A stretch of 64,000 nt of DNA from Streptococcus sp. (GTDB taxonomy: Bacteria; Bacillota; Bacilli; Lactobacillales; Streptococcaceae), in assembly GCF_032481935.1 (NCBI RefSeq), contig NZ_JAWERU010000002.1:6592-70591 (forward strand). Direction: 5' to 3'. Each line of letters opens with the position of its first letter. Position 1 is the first letter of the stretch. Below the pieces are notes generated by a model. The model searched no databases and was not told where the DNA came from. It worked only from the letters and a program-made list of their open reading frames with translations. Positions 18,821 to 30,107 of the stretch are shown here, in pieces. A program made the position numbers and the translations under genes.

Positions 18821-21505
18821 TTGTCAAAAGAACAAAATAAAGACTTGTTTTACACACAAACCTCAGAAGAAGTCCTAAAGAACTTGGACTCATCTATCGA
18901 AGGTTTGTCAACTGCTCAAGCTCAAGAACGACTAGCGACTTATGGTCGTAATGAGTTAGAAGAGGGCGAGAAACGTAGCCTACTAGCTAAATTCCTTGAT
19001 CAATTTAAGGATTTGATGATTATCATCTTGCTTGCGGCAGCGGCACTTTCTGTGATTACAGAAGGAATGGACGGTCTAACGGATGCCATTATCATCTTGG
19101 CTGTTGTAGTCTTGAATGCTGCCTTTGGGGTTTACCAAGAAGGGCAAGCAGAAGCAGCCATTGAAGCTCTGAAAAATATGTCTAGCCCAATGGCTCGTGT
19201 TCGTCGTGATGGTCATGTGATTGAGATTGACTCAAAAGAATTGGTGCCTGGGGACATCGTCTTGCTTGAAGCGGGAGATGTCGTGCCTGCAGATATGCGT
19301 TTGTTTGAAGCAGCTTCTCTTAAAATCGAAGAAGCAGCTCTTACAGGGGAGTCTGTCCCAGTTGAAAAAGATGTGACAGGACTTGTTGAAGCAGATGCTG
19401 GTATCGGGGATCGTGTTAACATGGGTTACCAAAACTCAAACGTAACATACGGTCGTGGTATCGGTGTCGTAACCAATACTGGTATGTATACAGAAGTTGG
19501 TAAGATTGCAGATATGTTGGCTAATGCCGACGAGACAGAGACACCATTGAAGCAAAGCTTGGAACAATTATCTAAGGCCTTGACTTACTTAATCATTGTG
19601 ATTGCAGTAATTACCTTCTTGGTTGGTGTCTTTGTTCGTGGAGAACATCCATTAGAAGGCTTGATGGTGGCGGTTGCCCTTGCAGTAGCGGCTATTCCAG
19701 AAGGGCTTCCTGCCATTGTAACTATCGTTCTATCTTTGGGAACTACAACCCTTGCAAAACGTAATTCAATCGTCCGTAAATTGCCAGCGGTTGAAACGCT
19801 TGGTTCAACAGAAATCATTGCATCTGATAAAACAGGTACTTTGACCATGAACCAAATGACGGTTGAAAAAGTTTATACCAACGGTCAATTGCAAAGCTCA
19901 GCTGCTGAAATTGCGACTAGCAACAATACCCTTCGTATCATGAACTTTGCCAATGATACCAAGGTGGACCCGTCTGGCAAGCTGATTGGGGACCCAACGG
20001 AGACAGCTCTTGTACAGTTTGGTTTGGACCACAACTTTGATGTTCGTGAAGTCTTGAAGGATGAGCCACGTGTAGCTGAATTGCCATTTGACTCAGACCG
20101 TAAACTCATGTCTACCATTCATAAGGAAGCAGACGGTTCTTACTTTATCGCTGTCAAGGGTGCGCCTGACCAATTGCTCAAGCGCGTGACTCGTATCGAA
20201 GTCAATGGGGAAGTTCGCCCAATCACAGAAGAAGATAAAAATGCTATCCTTGCAACCAACAAAGAATTGGCCAAACAAGCTCTTCGTGTCTTGATGATGG
20301 CTTATAAGACAAGTCATGAAATTCCAACCTTGGAATCTGAAATTGTTGAATCTGACCTCATCTTCTCTGGTTTGGTCGGAATGATTGACCCTGAGCGCCC
20401 AGAGGCTGCAGAAGCTGTTCGTGTTGCTAAGGAAGCGGGTATCCGTCCGATTATGATCACTGGTGACCACCAAGATACAGCGGAAGCTATCGCTAAACGT
20501 CTCGGTATCATCGATCCAAATGATACAGAAGACCATGTCTTCACTGGTGCTGAGTTAAATGAACTCACTGATGAAGAATTCCAAAAAGTCTTCAAGCAAT
20601 ACTCTGTTTACGCGCGTGTATCGCCTGAGCACAAGGTTCGTATCGTGAAAGCATGGCAAAATGAAGGCAAGGTTGTCGCTATGACGGGTGATGGGGTCAA
20701 CGATGCACCATCACTTAAGACAGCGGATATTGGTATAGGTATGGGGATTACAGGTACAGAAGTTTCTAAGGGAGCTTCGGATATGGTCCTTGCTGATGAT
20801 AACTTTGCAACCATTATCGTAGCGGTAGAAGAAGGACGTAAGGTCTTCTCAAATATCCAAAAATCAATCCAATACCTCTTGTCTGCTAATATGGCTGAAG
20901 TTTTCACCATCTTCTTTGCAACCTTGTTAGGTTGGGATGTGCTTCAACCAGTGCATTTGCTATGGATTAACCTGGTAACAGATACGCTACCAGCCATCGC
21001 CCTTGGTGTGGAACCAGCTGAACCAGGCGTCATGACTCACAAACCTCGTGGGCGTAAGTCTAACTTCTTTGATGGTGGTGTCTTCGGAGCAATCATTTAT
21101 CAAGGAATCTTCCAAACTATGCTCGTTCTAGGTGTTTATGCTTGGGCTCTTCTCTTCCCAGAGCACCAAAGTCATACTGAAATTCATGCGGATGCCCTTA
21201 CCATGGCTTTTGCAACTCTCGGTTTGATCCAATTGCTCCATGCCTTTAACGTTAAGTCGGTTTACCAATCTATCTTTAAAGTGGGACTCTTTACCAACAA
21301 GACCTTTAACTGGTCTATCCCAGTTGCCTTCGTCCTCTTTGTGGTGACAATTTTGGTTCCTGGATTTAATAATCTCTTCCACGTTTCAAACTTGAGCTTG
21401 ACTCAATGGATGGTGGTCGCTGTTGGAGCGCTCATGATTGTAGTCCTTGTTGAGATTGTTAAAGCAGTCCAACGAGCACTTGGAAAAGATAAAAACGCTA
21501 TTTAA
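18821..21505 (+). CDS. caxP: P-type IIA cation ATPase (Ca2+/Mn2+ exporter, CaxP/MgtA-like)
   Basis: Motifs TGES, DKTGTLT and MTGDGVNDAP with 10 TM helices. TTG start lies 7 nt after AGGAGG. Confidence 0.88.
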   Translation: MSKEQNKDLFYTQTSEEVLKNLDSSIEGLSTAQAQERLATYGRNELEEGEKRSLLAKFLDQFKDLMIIILLAAAALSVITEGMDGLTDAIIILAVVVLNAAFGVYQEGQAEAAIEALKNMSSPMARVRRDGHVIEIDSKELVPGDIVLLEAGDVVPADMRLFEAASLKIEEAALTGESVPVEKDVTGLVEADAGIGDRVNMGYQNSNVTYGRGIGVVTNTGMYTEVGKIADMLANADETETPLKQSLEQLSKALTYLIIVIAVITFLVGVFVRGEHPLEGLMVAVALAVAAIPEGLPAIVTIVLSLGTTTLAKRNSIVRKLPAVETLGSTEIIASDKTGTLTMNQMTVEKVYTNGQLQSSAAEIATSNNTLRIMNFANDTKVDPSGKLIGDPTETALVQFGLDHNFDVREVLKDEPRVAELPFDSDRKLMSTIHKEADGSYFIAVKGAPDQLLKRVTRIEVNGEVRPITEEDKNAILATNKELAKQALRVLMMAYKTSHEIPTLESEIVESDLIFSGLVGMIDPERPEAAEAVRVAKEAGIRPIMITGDHQDTAEAIAKRLGIIDPNDTEDHVFTGAELNELTDEEFQKVFKQYSVYARVSPEHKVRIVKAWQNEGKVVAMTGDGVNDAPSLKTADIGIGMGITGTEVSKGASDMVLADDNFATIIVAVEEGRKVFSNIQKSIQYLLSANMAEVFTIFFATLLGWDVLQPVHLLWINLVTDTLPAIALGVEPAEPGVMTHKPRGRKSNFFDGGVFGAIIYQGIFQTMLVLGVYAWALLFPEHQSHTEIHADALTMAFATLGLIQLLHAFNVKSVYQSIFKVGLFTNKTFNWSIPVAFVLFVVTILVPGFNNLFHVSNLSLTQWMVVAVGALMIVVLVEIVKAVQRALGKDKNAI

Positions 21506-21514
21506 GCATTATGA

Positions 21515-21539
21515 AAAGTCATCTTCGGATGGCTTTTTG
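21515..21539 (+). terminator. Terminator after the ATPase gene
   Basis: Stem GTCATC / GATGGC with loop TTCG, followed by TTTTT. Confidence 0.55.
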
Positions 21540-21599
21540 TTTGTATATAAAGGTAAACTGACAAAGATTTTATGCTATAATCAAGGAGAATGATATCGC

Positions 21600-22025
21600 A
21601 TGGAGGAAAGAATCTTGGAAAAGAAAATAGTAAAAGATATCTTGTTTTTGTCGCAGGTATCCCAGCCTGCTAGTCAGGAAGATTTACCCCTAGCAAAGGA
21701 TTTGCAGGATACTCTACAGGCCAATCGTGAGACCTGTGTTGGACTAGCGGCCAATATGATTGGGGTGCAAAAGCGAGTGATTATTTTTAATATTGGCATG
21801 ATTCCCATGGTCATGTTTAATCCCGTTCTCAAGTCTTTTGAAGGGCCTTACGAGACCGAGGAAGGATGTTTGTCTCTGACGGGTGTGAGACCGACAACCA
21901 GGTATGAAAAAATTACCGTATCCTACAGAGATATTCATTGGAAAGAGCAGACTATTACTTTGACAGGTTTTCCGGCTCAGATCTGTCAGCATGAACTCGA
22001 TCATTTGGAAGGTCGTATTATTTAG
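21600..22025 (+). CDS. Short peptide deformylase paralogue
   Basis: PDF motifs 2 and 3 are intact (EGCLS, HELDH). Motif 1 reads GLAANMIG instead of GLAAxQ. Only 141 aa, with the C-terminal helix missing. Confidence 0.8.
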   Translation: MEERILEKKIVKDILFLSQVSQPASQEDLPLAKDLQDTLQANRETCVGLAANMIGVQKRVIIFNIGMIPMVMFNPVLKSFEGPYETEEGCLSLTGVRPTTRYEKITVSYRDIHWKEQTITLTGFPAQICQHELDHLEGRII

Positions 22026-22070
22026 GCTCAAATCCTTGGTGCTCCTAGAAAAATATGCTACACTAAGACT

Positions 22071-22793
22071 ATGAAAATTCTAATCCCAACTGCAAAAGAA
22101 ATGAACACTGAAATCCCTAGTTTAGAGGCAGAACCTTTGTCTCCTGAGAGTCAGGCTGTTCTAGATGAATTAGCTAGATATTCTGCTCAAGAACTGGAAA
22201 ATTTTTATAAAATTTCTGCTGAAAAAGCACAAGAAGAGTATGAACGCATCCAAGCTTTAAAAAATGGAACTGTAAACTCTTATCCTGCTTTGCAACTCTT
22301 TGATGGACTTATGTATCGCAACATCAAAAGGGACAATCTAAGCAAGGCTGAACAAGCCTATCTGGAGAAACACCTCATGATAACATCAGCTCTCTATGGT
22401 GTGATCCCGGCCTTTGCCCCCATTGCTCCCCACAGACTGGACTTTTTGATGAAGCTCAAAGTTGCTGGGAAAAGCCTAAAAAATCATTGGCAGGTGGCCT
22501 ATGAAGAGTCGGTGAAGGAGGAAGATTGCATCTTTTCACTCTTGTCTTCAGAGTTTGAAAATGTCTTTCCAAAAGAAATCCGAGAGAAAATGTTGACCTT
22601 TAAGTTTATGGAAGACAGAGATGGAAAACTTAAAGTCCACTCAACCATTTCAAAGAAAGCTAGAGGTGGTTTCTTAACAGCCTTGATGGAAAATCAGGTG
22701 ACTTCGGTAGAAGAAATCAAAAAGCTCAGCTTTGCAGGTTTCCACTATCGAGAAGACCTGTCTACTGGCAAGGAATTGGCTTTTGTGAAATAG
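22071..22793 (+). CDS. yaaA: YaaA/DUF328 peroxide-stress family protein
   Basis: Length and N-terminus (MKILIPTAKEM) plus the central HRLDF-type motif are typical of UPF0246/YaaA. Confidence 0.7.
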   Translation: MKILIPTAKEMNTEIPSLEAEPLSPESQAVLDELARYSAQELENFYKISAEKAQEEYERIQALKNGTVNSYPALQLFDGLMYRNIKRDNLSKAEQAYLEKHLMITSALYGVIPAFAPIAPHRLDFLMKLKVAGKSLKNHWQVAYEESVKEEDCIFSLLSSEFENVFPKEIREKMLTFKFMEDRDGKLKVHSTISKKARGGFLTALMENQVTSVEEIKKLSFAGFHYREDLSTGKELAFVK

Positions 22794-22933
22794 ATTGAAA
22801 ATAGAGTCTGTCCTAGGTTGTATCAGGGCAGGCTTTTTTATGATTTGACGCTCCTATTTTTAGTTCAGAATGGTAGGAATTTTCTCACAATTTTGGTATA
22901 ATAGGACTATTAGAAAATTTCGAGGAGACAAAT

Positions 22934-24220
22934 ATGTCAGTTAAGATTGCTTTACTTGGATTTGGTACAGTAGCCAGTGGTGTGCCATTCTTACTAAAGG
23001 AAAATGGAGAAAAAATTGTTCAAGCAGCACATTCAGAAATTGAAGTAGCCAAGGTTTTGGTCAAAGACGATGAAGAGAAAGCACGCTTGCTTGAGGCAGG
23101 AAATGATTTTAATTTTGTAACAAATATTGACGAAATCTTGTCAGACAAAGACATCACGATCGTTGTTGAGTTGATGGGACGTATCGAACCTGCTAAAACA
23201 TTTATCACTCGTGCTTTAGAAGCAGGGAAGCACGTTGTGACAGCCAACAAGGACCTTTTGGCTGTTCATGGTGCAGAATTACTTGAGATTGCCAAAGCTC
23301 ATAATGTTGCTCTTTACTATGAAGCAGCTGTTGCGGGAGGAATTCCAATCCTTCGTACCTTGGTTAACTCACTAGCATCAGACAAAATCACACGTGTTCT
23401 TGGTGTTGTCAATGGCACATCAAACTTCATGATGACCAAAATGGTAGAAGAAGGCTGGTCTTACGCTGACGCCCTTGCTGAAGCTCAACGACTTGGCTTT
23501 GCTGAAAGTGATCCTACAAATGACGTTGATGGGATTGATGCAGCATACAAGATGGTCATCCTCAGCCAGTTTGCATTTGGGATGAATGTCAAATTTGAAG
23601 ATGTGGCTCATCAAGGAATCCGCAACATCACTCCAGAGGATGTGGCAGTTGCCCAAGATCTTGGGTATGTGGTTAAATTAGTAGGTTCTATCGAAGAAAC
23701 ACCATCTGGAATCGCTGCTGAGGTTACACCAACCTTCCTTCCTAAGGCTCACCCACTTGCAAGTGTCAATGGTGTCATGAATGCAGTCTTTGTGGAGTCT
23801 ATTGGTATCGGTGAATCTATGTACTACGGACCAGGTGCCGGACAAAAACCAACTGCGACGAGTGTCGTAGCTGATATCGTTCGTATCGTTCGTCGTTTGA
23901 ATGACGGTACAATTGGAAAAGCCTTCAACGAATATCATCGTGACCTTGTTTTGGCTCAGCCAGAAGATGTCAAAGCCAACTACTATTTCTCAATCTTGGC
24001 TCCAGACTCAAAAGGTCAAGTCTTGAAATTGGCTGAACTCTTTAACGCAGAAGATATTTCCTTCAAGCAAATCCTTCAAGATGGTAAGCAAGAAGGCAAG
24101 GCTCGTGTTGTCATTATCACTCATAAAATCAACAAGGCACAGCTTGAAAATATTACAGCAGCTTTGAAGGGTGTAGCTGAATTTGAACTTCTCAACACCT
24201 TCAAGGTTTTAGGAGACTAA
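22934..24220 (+). CDS. hom: Homoserine dehydrogenase
   Basis: NAD-binding GFGTVASGV, a homoserine dehydrogenase catalytic core and a C-terminal ACT-like domain. Followed by thrB. Confidence 0.9.
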   Translation: MSVKIALLGFGTVASGVPFLLKENGEKIVQAAHSEIEVAKVLVKDDEEKARLLEAGNDFNFVTNIDEILSDKDITIVVELMGRIEPAKTFITRALEAGKHVVTANKDLLAVHGAELLEIAKAHNVALYYEAAVAGGIPILRTLVNSLASDKITRVLGVVNGTSNFMMTKMVEEGWSYADALAEAQRLGFAESDPTNDVDGIDAAYKMVILSQFAFGMNVKFEDVAHQGIRNITPEDVAVAQDLGYVVKLVGSIEETPSGIAAEVTPTFLPKAHPLASVNGVMNAVFVESIGIGESMYYGPGAGQKPTATSVVADIVRIVRRLNDGTIGKAFNEYHRDLVLAQPEDVKANYYFSILAPDSKGQVLKLAELFNAEDISFKQILQDGKQEGKARVVIITHKINKAQLENITAALKGVAEFELLNTFKVLGD

Positions 24221-24221
24221 G

Positions 24222-25091
24222 ATGAAGATTATTGTACCTGCTACAAGTGCCAATGTGGGTCCTGGTTTTGACTCGGTTGGTGTAGCTGTAACTAAGTATC
24301 TAGAAATTCAGGTTTGTGAGGAACGTGAAGAATGGATGATTGAGCATCAACTAGGCAAATGGATTCCACGTGACGAACGTAATCTTTTGCTGAAGATTGC
24401 TTTACAAATTGCTCCAGACCTACAACCAAGACGTCTGAAAATGATTAGTGATATTCCACTTGCGCGTGGACTAGGTTCTTCTAGTTCAGTCATCGTTGCA
24501 GGAATTGAGCTGGCAAATCAATTAGGGAACCTAAAATTAACGGATCACGAGAAGTTGCAATTGGCAACTAAGATTGAAGGACATCCTGATAATGTTGCAC
24601 CTGCTATCTATGGAAATCTCGTAATTGCTAGTTCGGTCGAAGGTCAGGTTTCAGCAGTTGTGGCGCCTTTTCCAGAGTGTGCCTTTCTAGCCTACATTCC
24701 AAATTATGAATTGCGTACTCGAGATAGTCGTGGTGTCTTGCCTAAGAAACTATCTTACAAGGAAGCCGTTGCGGCAAGTTCAATCGCCAATGTGGCTATT
24801 GCAGCCCTTCTGACCGGAGATATGGTCAAAGCAGGTCAAGCCATCGAGAGCGACCTCTTTCACGAGCGTTACCGTCAAGAACTGGTACGAGAATTTGCGA
24901 CCATCAAGAAAGTTGCCAAGAGAAATGGTGCTTATGCGACCTACTTGTCTGGTGCTGGTCCGACTGTTATGGTCTTGGCTGATCCTGACAAGATGCCTAA
25001 GATTAAGGCAGAACTTGAAAAGCAACCTTTCAAAGGCAAGCTTCATGATTTGCAAGTAGATACACAAGGTGTTCGCGTCGAAGCAAAATAA
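24222..25091 (+). CDS. thrB: Homoserine kinase
   Basis: GHMP kinase motif [14 protein letters not shown] lies 1 nt after the hom stop. Confidence 0.9.
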   Translation: MKIIVPATSANVGPGFDSVGVAVTKYLEIQVCEEREEWMIEHQLGKWIPRDERNLLLKIALQIAPDLQPRRLKMISDIPLARGLGSSSSVIVAGIELANQLGNLKLTDHEKLQLATKIEGHPDNVAPAIYGNLVIASSVEGQVSAVVAPFPECAFLAYIPNYELRTRDSRGVLPKKLSYKEAVAASSIANVAIAALLTGDMVKAGQAIESDLFHERYRQELVREFATIKKVAKRNGAYATYLSGAGPTVMVLADPDKMPKIKAELEKQPFKGKLHDLQVDTQGVRVEAK

Positions 25092-25166
25092 ACAGAACAA
25101 TAGGATGGGGAAACTTTCTATTAGAAGGCTTCCTGTCCTTTTTTTGAAAATGAAACGTGGGAACTG

Positions 25167-25317
25167 ATACTCAATGAAAATCAAAGAGCAAACTAGGAAG
25201 CGAGCTGCAGGTTGCTCAAAGCACTGCTTTGAGGTTGTAGATAAGACTGACGATGTCAGTTACATATATCTACGGCAAGGCGAAGCTGACGTGGTTTGAA
25301 GAGATTTACGAAGAGTA
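25167..25317 (+). repeat. BOX element (boxA-boxB-boxC)
   Basis: ATACTCAATGAAAATCAAAGAGCAAACTAGGAAG ... GACGTGGTTTGAAGAGATTTACGAAGAGTA. Confidence 0.88.
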
Positions 25318-25368
25318 TGAAATGTTTCCCGTGTTTATCGACCGATAGACGGTCAAGGAGGATTTGAA

Positions 25369-26307
25369 ATGGCAGAAATATATCTAGCAGGTGGTTGTTT
25401 TTGGGGCTTGGAAGAGTACTTTTCACGTATTTCTGGAGTGTTGCAAACCAGTGTTGGTTATGCCAATGGTCAGGTAGAAACCACCAATTATCAACTGATC
25501 AAAGAAACAGATCACGCAGAGACTGTTCAAGTTATTTATGATGAAAAGGCAGTGTCGCTCCGTGATATTTTACTCTATTATTTCCGAGTTATCGATCCCC
25601 TTTCTGTCAACCAACAAGGGAATGACCGTGGTCGTCAATACCGCACAGGGATTTATTATCAATATGAAGAGGATTTACCGACAATCTATGCCCTTGTCCA
25701 AGAGCAGGAACGCATGCTTGGTCGCAAGATAGCAGTTGAAGTGGAGAAACTACGTCATTACATCTTAGCTGAAGATTATCATCAAGACTATCTCAAGAAA
25801 AATCCTGGTGGCTATTGCCATATCGATGTGAGAGATGCAGAGAAACCACTGATAGATGCTGCTAACTATGAAAAACCAAGTCAGGCAGTGCTAAAAGAAA
25901 AACTATCTGAGGAATCCTACCGAGTTACCCAAGAGGCTGCGACGGAAGCTCCTTTTAGCAATGCTTATGACCAAACTTTTGAGGAAGGAATTTATGTCGA
26001 TATCACGACTGGTGAGCCCCTCTTCTTTGCCAAGGATAAGTTTGCCTCAGGATGTGGTTGGCCAAGTTTTAGCCGTCCTATTTCCAAGGAACTGATTCAT
26101 TACTACCAAGACTTGAGTCACGGTATGGAGCGAATCGAAGTCCGTTCACGTTCAGGGAATGCTCATTTGGGGCACGTATTTACAGATGGCCCTCGTGAAC
26201 TAGGTGGTTTACGCTATTGTATCAATTCTGCATCCTTACGATTCATTGCTAAGGATGAAATGGAAGAGGCTGGTTATGGCTACCTGCTTCCATATTTGAA
26301 CAAGTAA
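25369..26307 (+). CDS. msrAB: Cytoplasmic MsrA-MsrB fusion methionine sulfoxide reductase
   Basis: MsrA active site GGCFWG at the N-terminus. MsrB domain with GCGWPSF and RYCINS. No signal peptide or TM helix. Confidence 0.92.
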   Translation: MAEIYLAGGCFWGLEEYFSRISGVLQTSVGYANGQVETTNYQLIKETDHAETVQVIYDEKAVSLRDILLYYFRVIDPLSVNQQGNDRGRQYRTGIYYQYEEDLPTIYALVQEQERMLGRKIAVEVEKLRHYILAEDYHQDYLKKNPGGYCHIDVRDAEKPLIDAANYEKPSQAVLKEKLSEESYRVTQEAATEAPFSNAYDQTFEEGIYVDITTGEPLFFAKDKFASGCGWPSFSRPISKELIHYYQDLSHGMERIEVRSRSGNAHLGHVFTDGPRELGGLRYCINSASLRFIAKDEMEEAGYGYLLPYLNK

Positions 26308-26355
26308 AAAGATGGTGGGTTTTCCACCTTCTTCATGTTGGAATAGAAGGGACAT

Positions 26356-28080
26356 ATGAAACAATTACTTTCTTACTTTAAACCCTACCTCAAGGAGTCA
26401 TTTCTAGCGCCCTTGTTTAAGCTACTAGAAGCCGTTTTTGAACTCTTGGTTCCCATGGTGATAGCTGGGATTGTCGACCAATCTATCCCCCAAGGAGACA
26501 AAGATCACCTGTGGATGCAAATGGGTCTCCTATTTGTGTTTGCGGTCATCGGTGTCCTAGTTGCCTTAGTTGCTCAGTTTTACTCAGCCAAGGCAGCTGT
26601 TGGCTTTACCAAGGAGTTGACCAATGACCTCTATCGTCATATTCTCTCGCTCCCCAAGGATAGCAGAGACCGTTTGACGACTTCGAGTTTGGTGACGCGT
26701 TTGACTTCAGATACCTATCAGATTCAGACAGGAATCAATCAATTCTTGCGCTTATTTTTAAGGGCGCCTATTATTGTTTTTGGTGCCATTTTTATGGCCT
26801 ATCGTCTCTCGCCTGAATTGACCTTCTGGTTCTTGGTCATGGTTGCCATTTTGACCTTTGTCATTGTCGTGTTATCACGCTTGGTCAATCCTCTATACAG
26901 CAGTTTGAGAAAGAAAACAGACCAGCTGGTTCAGGAAACACGCCAACAGATACAAGGGATGCGTGTGATTCGTGCTTTTGGCCAAGAAAAACGAGAAATT
27001 GAACATTTTCAAGTACTAAACCAAGTCTATATGGCTATCCAAATGAAAACAGGCTACTGGTCTAGTCTCTTGACACCCTTGACCTATTTGATTGTCAACG
27101 GAACTTTGCTGGTGATTATCTGGAATGGTTATATTTCTATTCAGGGAGGCTGGCTCAGTCAGGGTGCCTTGATTGCTCTAATCAACTATCTATTACAGAT
27201 CTTGGTAGAGTTGATTAAACTAGCCATGCTGATTAATTCACTCAACCAGTCTTATATATCAGCTAAGCGCATTGAGGAAGTCTTCGCTGAAAAACCTGAA
27301 GATATTCATTCTGAGATTCATGTAGGAAAAGTATCTGGACATCGAGTTTTACAAGTTAGTCACTTGACCTTTACTTATCCAGATGCAGCTCAACCTTCGC
27401 TAAGGGATATTTCTTTTGATATGCAGCAAGGAGAAATTCTTGGAATTATCGGAGGAACTGGTTCTGGTAAGTCAACCTTGGTACAGGTTTTACTTGGTTT
27501 GTACAAACCAGATAAAGGAACAGTGGCCCTCTATCAGGCTGGGAATAGTCCTCAAAATCTGGCTCAATGGCGGTCTTGGATTGCCTATGTCCCTCAAAAG
27601 GTTGAACTTTTTAAAGGGACTATTCGTTCTAATTTGACTCTGGGTATGGAAGAGCCTGTCTCGGACCAAGAACTCTGGCAGGCCTTGGAAATTGCTCAGG
27701 CCAAGGACTTTGTCAGCGATAAGGAAGGTCAGCTGGACGCAGAGGTTCAAGCAGGCGGTCGTAATTTTTCAGGTGGGCAAAAACAACGTTTGTCTATCGC
27801 CCGAGCAGTCTTGCATCAATCACCTTTTCTCATATTGGATGATGCGACGTCAGCTCTTGATACCATTACTGAATCCAATCTTCTAAAGGCCATTCAGGAG
27901 AACTTACCTGACACTAGTTTGATTTTGATTTCCCAACGGACTTCAACCTTGAAGATTGCAGAGCAGATTCTTCTTTTAGAGAAAGGTCAGCAATTAGCAC
28001 TTGGAAATCATGAGGAATTGATGAAATCTAGTCAGGTCTATCGTGAAATCAATGCATCCCAACATGGAAAGGAGGACTAG
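26356..28080 (+). CDS. ABC exporter half-transporter (degenerate ATP site subunit)
   Basis: 6-TM domain plus NBD. Walker A GGTGSGKST and signature FSGGQKQR. Walker B is FLILDDATS, with Asp where the catalytic Glu is expected. Confidence 0.85.
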   Translation: MKQLLSYFKPYLKESFLAPLFKLLEAVFELLVPMVIAGIVDQSIPQGDKDHLWMQMGLLFVFAVIGVLVALVAQFYSAKAAVGFTKELTNDLYRHILSLPKDSRDRLTTSSLVTRLTSDTYQIQTGINQFLRLFLRAPIIVFGAIFMAYRLSPELTFWFLVMVAILTFVIVVLSRLVNPLYSSLRKKTDQLVQETRQQIQGMRVIRAFGQEKREIEHFQVLNQVYMAIQMKTGYWSSLLTPLTYLIVNGTLLVIIWNGYISIQGGWLSQGALIALINYLLQILVELIKLAMLINSLNQSYISAKRIEEVFAEKPEDIHSEIHVGKVSGHRVLQVSHLTFTYPDAAQPSLRDISFDMQQGEILGIIGGTGSGKSTLVQVLLGLYKPDKGTVALYQAGNSPQNLAQWRSWIAYVPQKVELFKGTIRSNLTLGMEEPVSDQELWQALEIAQAKDFVSDKEGQLDAEVQAGGRNFSGGQKQRLSIARAVLHQSPFLILDDATSALDTITESNLLKAIQENLPDTSLILISQRTSTLKIAEQILLLEKGQQLALGNHEELMKSSQVYREINASQHGKED

Positions 28081-28081
28081 A

Positions 28082-29830
28082 ATGAAAGGTAAACATGCAA
28101 GTCAAACCCTCAAACGTTTGGCAAAAGATTTAGCTGGTCATCCAGTTCTCCTTTTTCTAGCTTTCTTGGGGACCATCGCCCAGGTTGCCTTATCAATTTA
28201 TCTGCCAATCTTGATTGGACAAGTAATTGACCAAGTCTTAGTGACGGGCTCATCTCAGGTATTTTGGCAGATTTTTCTCCAGATGATCTTGGTGGTCATA
28301 GGAAATACACTAGTACAATGGGCCAATCCTCTCCTCTATAATCGACTGATTTTCTCCTATACCAGAGATTTACGTGAAAAAATCATTCAAAAGCTCCATC
28401 GTCTTCCGATTGCCCTTGTAGATAGACAAGGTAGTGGAGAAATGGTCAGCCGTGTAACGACAGATATCGAGCAGTTGGCAGCGGGACTGAACATGATTTT
28501 CAACCAATTTTTCATCGGAGTTCTGATGATTTTGGTCAGCATCCTTGCTATGCTCCAAATCCATCTATTGATGACTCTATTAGTTCTGCTCTTAACACCT
28601 CTGTCTATGGTCATTTCACGCTTTATTGCCAAGAGATCTTATCATCTTTTTCAAAAACAGACAGAGTCTAGGGGTATTCAAACCCAGCTGATAGAAGAAT
28701 CCCTCACCCAACAGACCATTATCCAGTCCTTCAATGCCCAAGAAGAATTTATCCAAAAACTTCATGAGGCAAACGATACTTATGCAGGATATTCTCAGTC
28801 GGCCATCTTTTATTCATCAACAGTCAATCCTTCGACTCGTTTCGTCAATGCCCTCATTTATGCCCTACTAGCTGGCGTTGGTGCCTTCCGTATCATGGCG
28901 GGTTCTACTTTAACAGTTGGGCGTTTAGTGACCTTTTTGAATTATGTACAGCAGTATACCAAGCCCTTTAACGATATTTCATCAGTCTTAGCTGAGTTGC
29001 AAAGTGCTCTAGCTTGTGCTGAACGTGTTTATGCAGTTTTAGAAAGCCCTGAGATTACAGAAACTGGTCTTAAAGAATTGAACAGCGACCAAGTCAAGGG
29101 AGCTATTTCCTTTAAGCATGTTTCTTTTGGTTACACTCCTGAAAAAATCTTAATCAAGGACTTGTATATTGATATCCCAGCTGGTAGTAAGGTTGCTATC
29201 GTAGGACCAACGGGTGCTGGGAAATCCACCCTCATCAATCTCCTCATGCGTTTTTATCCGATTAACTCTGGAGATATTTTGCTAGATGGTCATTCGATTT
29301 ATGACTATACCCGATCATCATTGAGACAGCAGTTTGGGATGGTTCTTCAAGAAACTTGGCTCAAGCAAGGAAGCATTCATGACAATATTGCCTTTGGCAA
29401 TCCTGATGCTAGCCGAGAGCAGGTCATTGCGGCAGCCAAGGCGGCTAATGCGGACTTCTTTATCCAGCAGTTGCCACATGGTTATGATACTAAGCTTGAA
29501 AATGCTGGTGAATCCTTGTCTGTTGGTCAGGCTCAGCTTTTAACCATTGCCCGTGTCTTTCTAGCCATTCCTAAGATTCTTATCTTAGATGAGGCGACTT
29601 CATCCATCGATACCCGGACAGAGATCTTGGTTCAGGATGCCTTTGCCAAACTCATGAAGGGGCGGACAAGCTTTATCATCGCTCACCGTTTGTCAACCAT
29701 TCAGGATGCTGATTTGATTCTTGTCTTGGTGGATGGAGATATTGTCGAGCACGGCAATCATCAGGAACTGATGGCTAGAAAAGGTAAATATTATCAAATG
29801 CAAGAAGCAGCTGCTTTTAGTCCAGAATAG
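28082..29830 (+). CDS. ABC exporter half-transporter (consensus ATP site subunit)
   Basis: 6-TM domain plus NBD (GPTGAGKST, LSVGQAQL, ILILDEATS). ATG 28082 follows GGAGGA and abuts the upstream stop. The track start at 28043 overlaps the upstream gene. Confidence 0.85.
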   Translation: MKGKHASQTLKRLAKDLAGHPVLLFLAFLGTIAQVALSIYLPILIGQVIDQVLVTGSSQVFWQIFLQMILVVIGNTLVQWANPLLYNRLIFSYTRDLREKIIQKLHRLPIALVDRQGSGEMVSRVTTDIEQLAAGLNMIFNQFFIGVLMILVSILAMLQIHLLMTLLVLLLTPLSMVISRFIAKRSYHLFQKQTESRGIQTQLIEESLTQQTIIQSFNAQEEFIQKLHEANDTYAGYSQSAIFYSSTVNPSTRFVNALIYALLAGVGAFRIMAGSTLTVGRLVTFLNYVQQYTKPFNDISSVLAELQSALACAERVYAVLESPEITETGLKELNSDQVKGAISFKHVSFGYTPEKILIKDLYIDIPAGSKVAIVGPTGAGKSTLINLLMRFYPINSGDILLDGHSIYDYTRSSLRQQFGMVLQETWLKQGSIHDNIAFGNPDASREQVIAAAKAANADFFIQQLPHGYDTKLENAGESLSVGQAQLLTIARVFLAIPKILILDEATSSIDTRTEILVQDAFAKLMKGRTSFIIAHRLSTIQDADLILVLVDGDIVEHGNHQELMARKGKYYQMQEAAAFSPE

Positions 29831-29934
29831 ACTTTTAATCGTTTATAAAGCAAATAAGCAAATACAGAATAAAAGTTGCCTTCGGGTGACTTTTTTGTTA
29901 CAATAGCTAGAAAAATTATCTAGTATGAAAGCTA

Positions 29935-30086
29935 ATACTCAATGAAAATCAAAGAGCAAACTAGGAAACTAGCCGCAGGTTGCTCAAAGCACTGCTTTGA
30001 GGTTTTAGATAGAACTGACGAAGTCAGTAACATATATACGGCAAGGCGACGTTGACGCGGTTTGAATTTGATTTTCGAAGAGTATA
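29935..30086 (+). repeat. BOX element (boxA-boxB-boxC)
   Basis: ATACTCAATGAAAATCAAAGAGCAAACTAGGAAACTAGCCGCAGG ... GATTTTCGAAGAGTATA. Confidence 0.88.
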
Positions 30087-30107
30087 ATTTAGAAAAGGAG
30101 CCTATTG

